Source: a virus (Duplodnaviria > Caudoviricetes). Taken from it: 27,610 nt of DNA. A program made the translations under genes and the position numbers. The DNA is taken from IMG/VR virus record IMGVR_UViG_3300030207_000665, positions 1-27,610 of that record; one strand, 5' to 3'. The notes beneath the pieces were generated by a model. It was given only the letters and a program-made list of their open reading frames with translations. It made no database searches and was not told where the DNA came from. Position 1 is the first letter of the stretch. Each line of letters begins with the position of its first letter. Positions 26,097-27,610 of this stretch are shown in pieces.

Positions 26097-26381
26097 ATGA
26101 CAGAGAACGAAAAGCTTTTAAAAAACTTAGAAGAATTACCAGAAACTATATTAGAATATGAACAAACACCAGAACCTAGTTACTACTCAGGGAAAAAGTA
26201 TGGTTACTCTGCTCGTAGAGTAGTAGAAGACTTTCAGCCTGACAATTATAACTTAGGTACTGCTATTACTTATTTACTAAGAGCAGGAAAGAAGCCAAAC
26301 AATCCTGCAAGACAAGATATACAAAAAGCTATTAATCACTTACACTTTGAATTAGATAGAATATACAATGACAGTCTATAA
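26097..26381 (+). CDS. DUF3310-like protein
   Basis: PSYY, YNLGTAITYLLRAGKK and QDIQKA motifs. Confidence 0.7.
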   Translation: MTENEKLLKNLEELPETILEYEQTPEPSYYSGKKYGYSARRVVEDFQPDNYNLGTAITYLLRAGKKPNNPARQDIQKAINHLHFELDRIYNDSL

Positions 26382-26619
26382 ATGTGCATGCGGCAAAGAG
26401 GAGAAACAAATAGGTAAAGCTACAATAGTTTACAGAGATAATAAGTGGGTATGTAAAGAAGCTAAATGTAGTTGCGGTAAATATATGGAAAGCGAACCTA
26501 CAGAAGGTATACCTACACTTAAACGTACAGAACCTTCGCTAACTAAACAGCGAGATAAACTATGGGAAGGTACAAAAGAAAAGCTTATAGGAGAAAGAGG
26601 AATAAACGAAAATTTTTAA
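26368..26619 (+). CDS. Zn-ribbon-like hypothetical protein
   Basis: YKCACG and KCSCGKYM motifs. Confidence 0.6.
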   Translation: MTVYKCACGKEEKQIGKATIVYRDNKWVCKEAKCSCGKYMESEPTEGIPTLKRTEPSLTKQRDKLWEGTKEKLIGERGINENF

Positions 26620-26620
26620 A

Positions 26621-26830
26621 ATGAAAAATAAAACAAGAAGAGTAGTTAAAGAGCCAGCAGTATTAGCAAAGAAAGTAATTGAATATTTTTATAGTAATCC
26701 TAAAACAAATACATCTAAAGAAATTGAAGAAGTATTTAATGTATCACATAGAAGAGTTAGAAAAATATTAAGTGACCATTTAAAAGAAAAGCTAGAGAAT
26801 AGTGTAGCTAGAAGATGTGCAAGACTATGA
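26621..26830 (+). CDS. Small basic protein, possible HTH
   Basis: TSKEIEEVFNVSHRRVRKIL resembles an HTH. Confidence 0.5.
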   Translation: MKNKTRRVVKEPAVLAKKVIEYFYSNPKTNTSKEIEEVFNVSHRRVRKILSDHLKEKLENSVARRCARL

Positions 26831-27210
26831 AGTTTGTAATAAAAAATAAAAAAGATAAGCAAATGCTTTTTAATTACTTAAAAGATTTAGAAAGCGACTA
26901 TATAGTTGATGTAAAGAAACAAAGGAACAATAGAAGTAATATGCAGAACAATTACTATTGGTCTTGTATAGTACAGCCTTTAGCAGCAGAGCTAGGTTAC
27001 TTTCCAGATGAGATGCACGACTGTCTTAAATTAAAGTTTGCTAGTGAGTGGCAGAGCATTGAAAGAAATGATAACAAAATACCTTTGCAAATAATTAATA
27101 GTACAGCAAGAATGAATACAGGAGAATTTGAATTGTACGCAGAACAAATAAGGATATGGGCATTGAGTGAATTAGGTATAAGATTAATGTTACCAAATGA
27201 ATACGAATAA
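26815..27210 (+). CDS. NinB/Orf-like recombination protein; likely start ATG 26827
   Basis: RSNMQNNYYW, DEMHDxLK and STARMNTGEF..Y.EQI motifs. Confidence 0.7.
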   Translation: MCKTMKFVIKNKKDKQMLFNYLKDLESDYIVDVKKQRNNRSNMQNNYYWSCIVQPLAAELGYFPDEMHDCLKLKFASEWQSIERNDNKIPLQIINSTARMNTGEFELYAEQIRIWALSELGIRLMLPNEYE

Positions 27211-27223
27211 TTTCTATTATATA
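27194..27223 (+). promoter_or_regulatory. Putative late promoter, copy 5 (CAAAT-N14-TCTATTATATA)
   Basis: Exact motif upstream of terS. Confidence 0.75.
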
Positions 27224-27255
27224 GTATAGAATTGAATAATCAATCTTTTTCAATT

Positions 27256-27525
27256 ATGGATAAAAGAATAAATAATGGCGGTGCTAGAAAAGGAGCAGGA
27301 CGCAAAAGCAAAGCAGAAGAACAAAAGTTAATAGAGAACTTAACACCTATGAATGAAAAGGCGTTAAAGTCTTTAGAAAGCGGTATAGAGAAAAAAGAAC
27401 AATGGGCAGTTAAATTATTCTTTGAATACTTTTACGGTAAACCTCAACAAAGAGTAGATGTTACAACAAATGATGATAGTATTAACATGCCTATAATAAC
27501 ATTTGTAGAAACTGATACTGAGTAA
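27256..27525 (+). CDS. terS: Putative terminase small subunit (the ORF track starts at TTG 27232)
   Basis: NGGARKGAGRK N-terminus and YGKP motif, immediately upstream of terL. Confidence 0.7.
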   Translation: MDKRINNGGARKGAGRKSKAEEQKLIENLTPMNEKALKSLESGIEKKEQWAVKLFFEYFYGKPQQRVDVTTNDDSINMPIITFVETDTE

Positions 27526-27610
27526 AAAATATAATCCTCTATTTAAGTCTGATGCTAGATACTTTATCATAACAGGTGGTAGAGGTTCAGGTAAGTCTTT
27601 TGCAGTAACA
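27512..27610 (+). CDS. terL: Terminase large subunit N-terminus, 3'-truncated by the window edge; no canonical start
   Basis: LILSKKYNPLFKSDARYFIITGGRGSGKSFAVT contains Walker A. An in-frame TAG lies at 27506-27508. Confidence 0.85.
   Translation, partial: MILSKKYNPLFKSDARYFIITGGRGSGKSFAVT

Larger units (their letters stand above)
1..27610 (+). mobile_element. Near-complete tailed bacteriophage genome (Caudoviricetes, siphovirus-like), circularly permuted within terL; probable Bacteroidota host
   Basis: Terminase, portal, protease, scaffold, capsid, tail, lysis and replication genes are tightly packed on one strand. terL fragments lie at both ends and no host housekeeping genes are present. 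Confidence 0.95.

Noticed and set aside
27503-27508. TTG-TAG upstream of terL as evidence of amber recoding
   Set aside because: The long genes are intact under code 11 with no in-frame TAG, and no suppressor tRNA was seen.
1-27610. tRNA genes, integrase/att site, diversity-generating retroelement, introns or inteins
   Set aside because: No cloverleaf, recombinase, reverse transcriptase, template/variable repeat pair or interrupted core gene was recognised by eye. tRNAscan-SE and HMM searches would be needed to exclude them formally.

Overview
The window is a near-complete, circularly permuted genome (about 27.6 kb, AT-rich) of a small tailed dsDNA phage. The terminase large subunit is split across the two ends: Walker A GGRGSGKS at 27576-27599, and Walker B plus the nuclease domain at 1-933. 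All credible genes are on the + strand. The host is probably Bacteroidota (Flavobacteria-like), inferred from a TTTG-N19-TANNTTTG promoter, A-rich leaders without Shine-Dalgarno sites and a DUF3127-like SSB. Layout: tail genes (966-10113), head genes, tail tube and portal (10150-17374), lysis region and metallophosphoesterase (17374-19199), control region, small early genes, recombination/replication genes, a C5 methyltransferase, nin-like genes, an ECF-like sigma factor, then terS/terL. I found no integrase, repressor, DNA polymerase, helicase, tRNA or CRISPR array. Most notable observations: (1) a five-copy bipartite motif, CAAAY-N14-TCTATTATATA, before virion-assembly gene blocks, a candidate regulon of the phage sigma factor; (2) three candidate recoding or non-canonical start sites (chaperone -1 frameshift, terL without a canonical start, and a hidden basic peptide overlapping the putative endolysin); (3) a gene flanked by perfect 29-bp GNRA-hairpin repeats; (4) a 71-nt hairpin upstream of the SSB; (5) a portal with DUF3721-like and MuF-like extensions; (6) a NinG lacking three of four Zn ligands; (7) no GATC, TCGA or CCGG sites seen in a manual read. 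All family assignments come from motif recognition by eye, not database searches.
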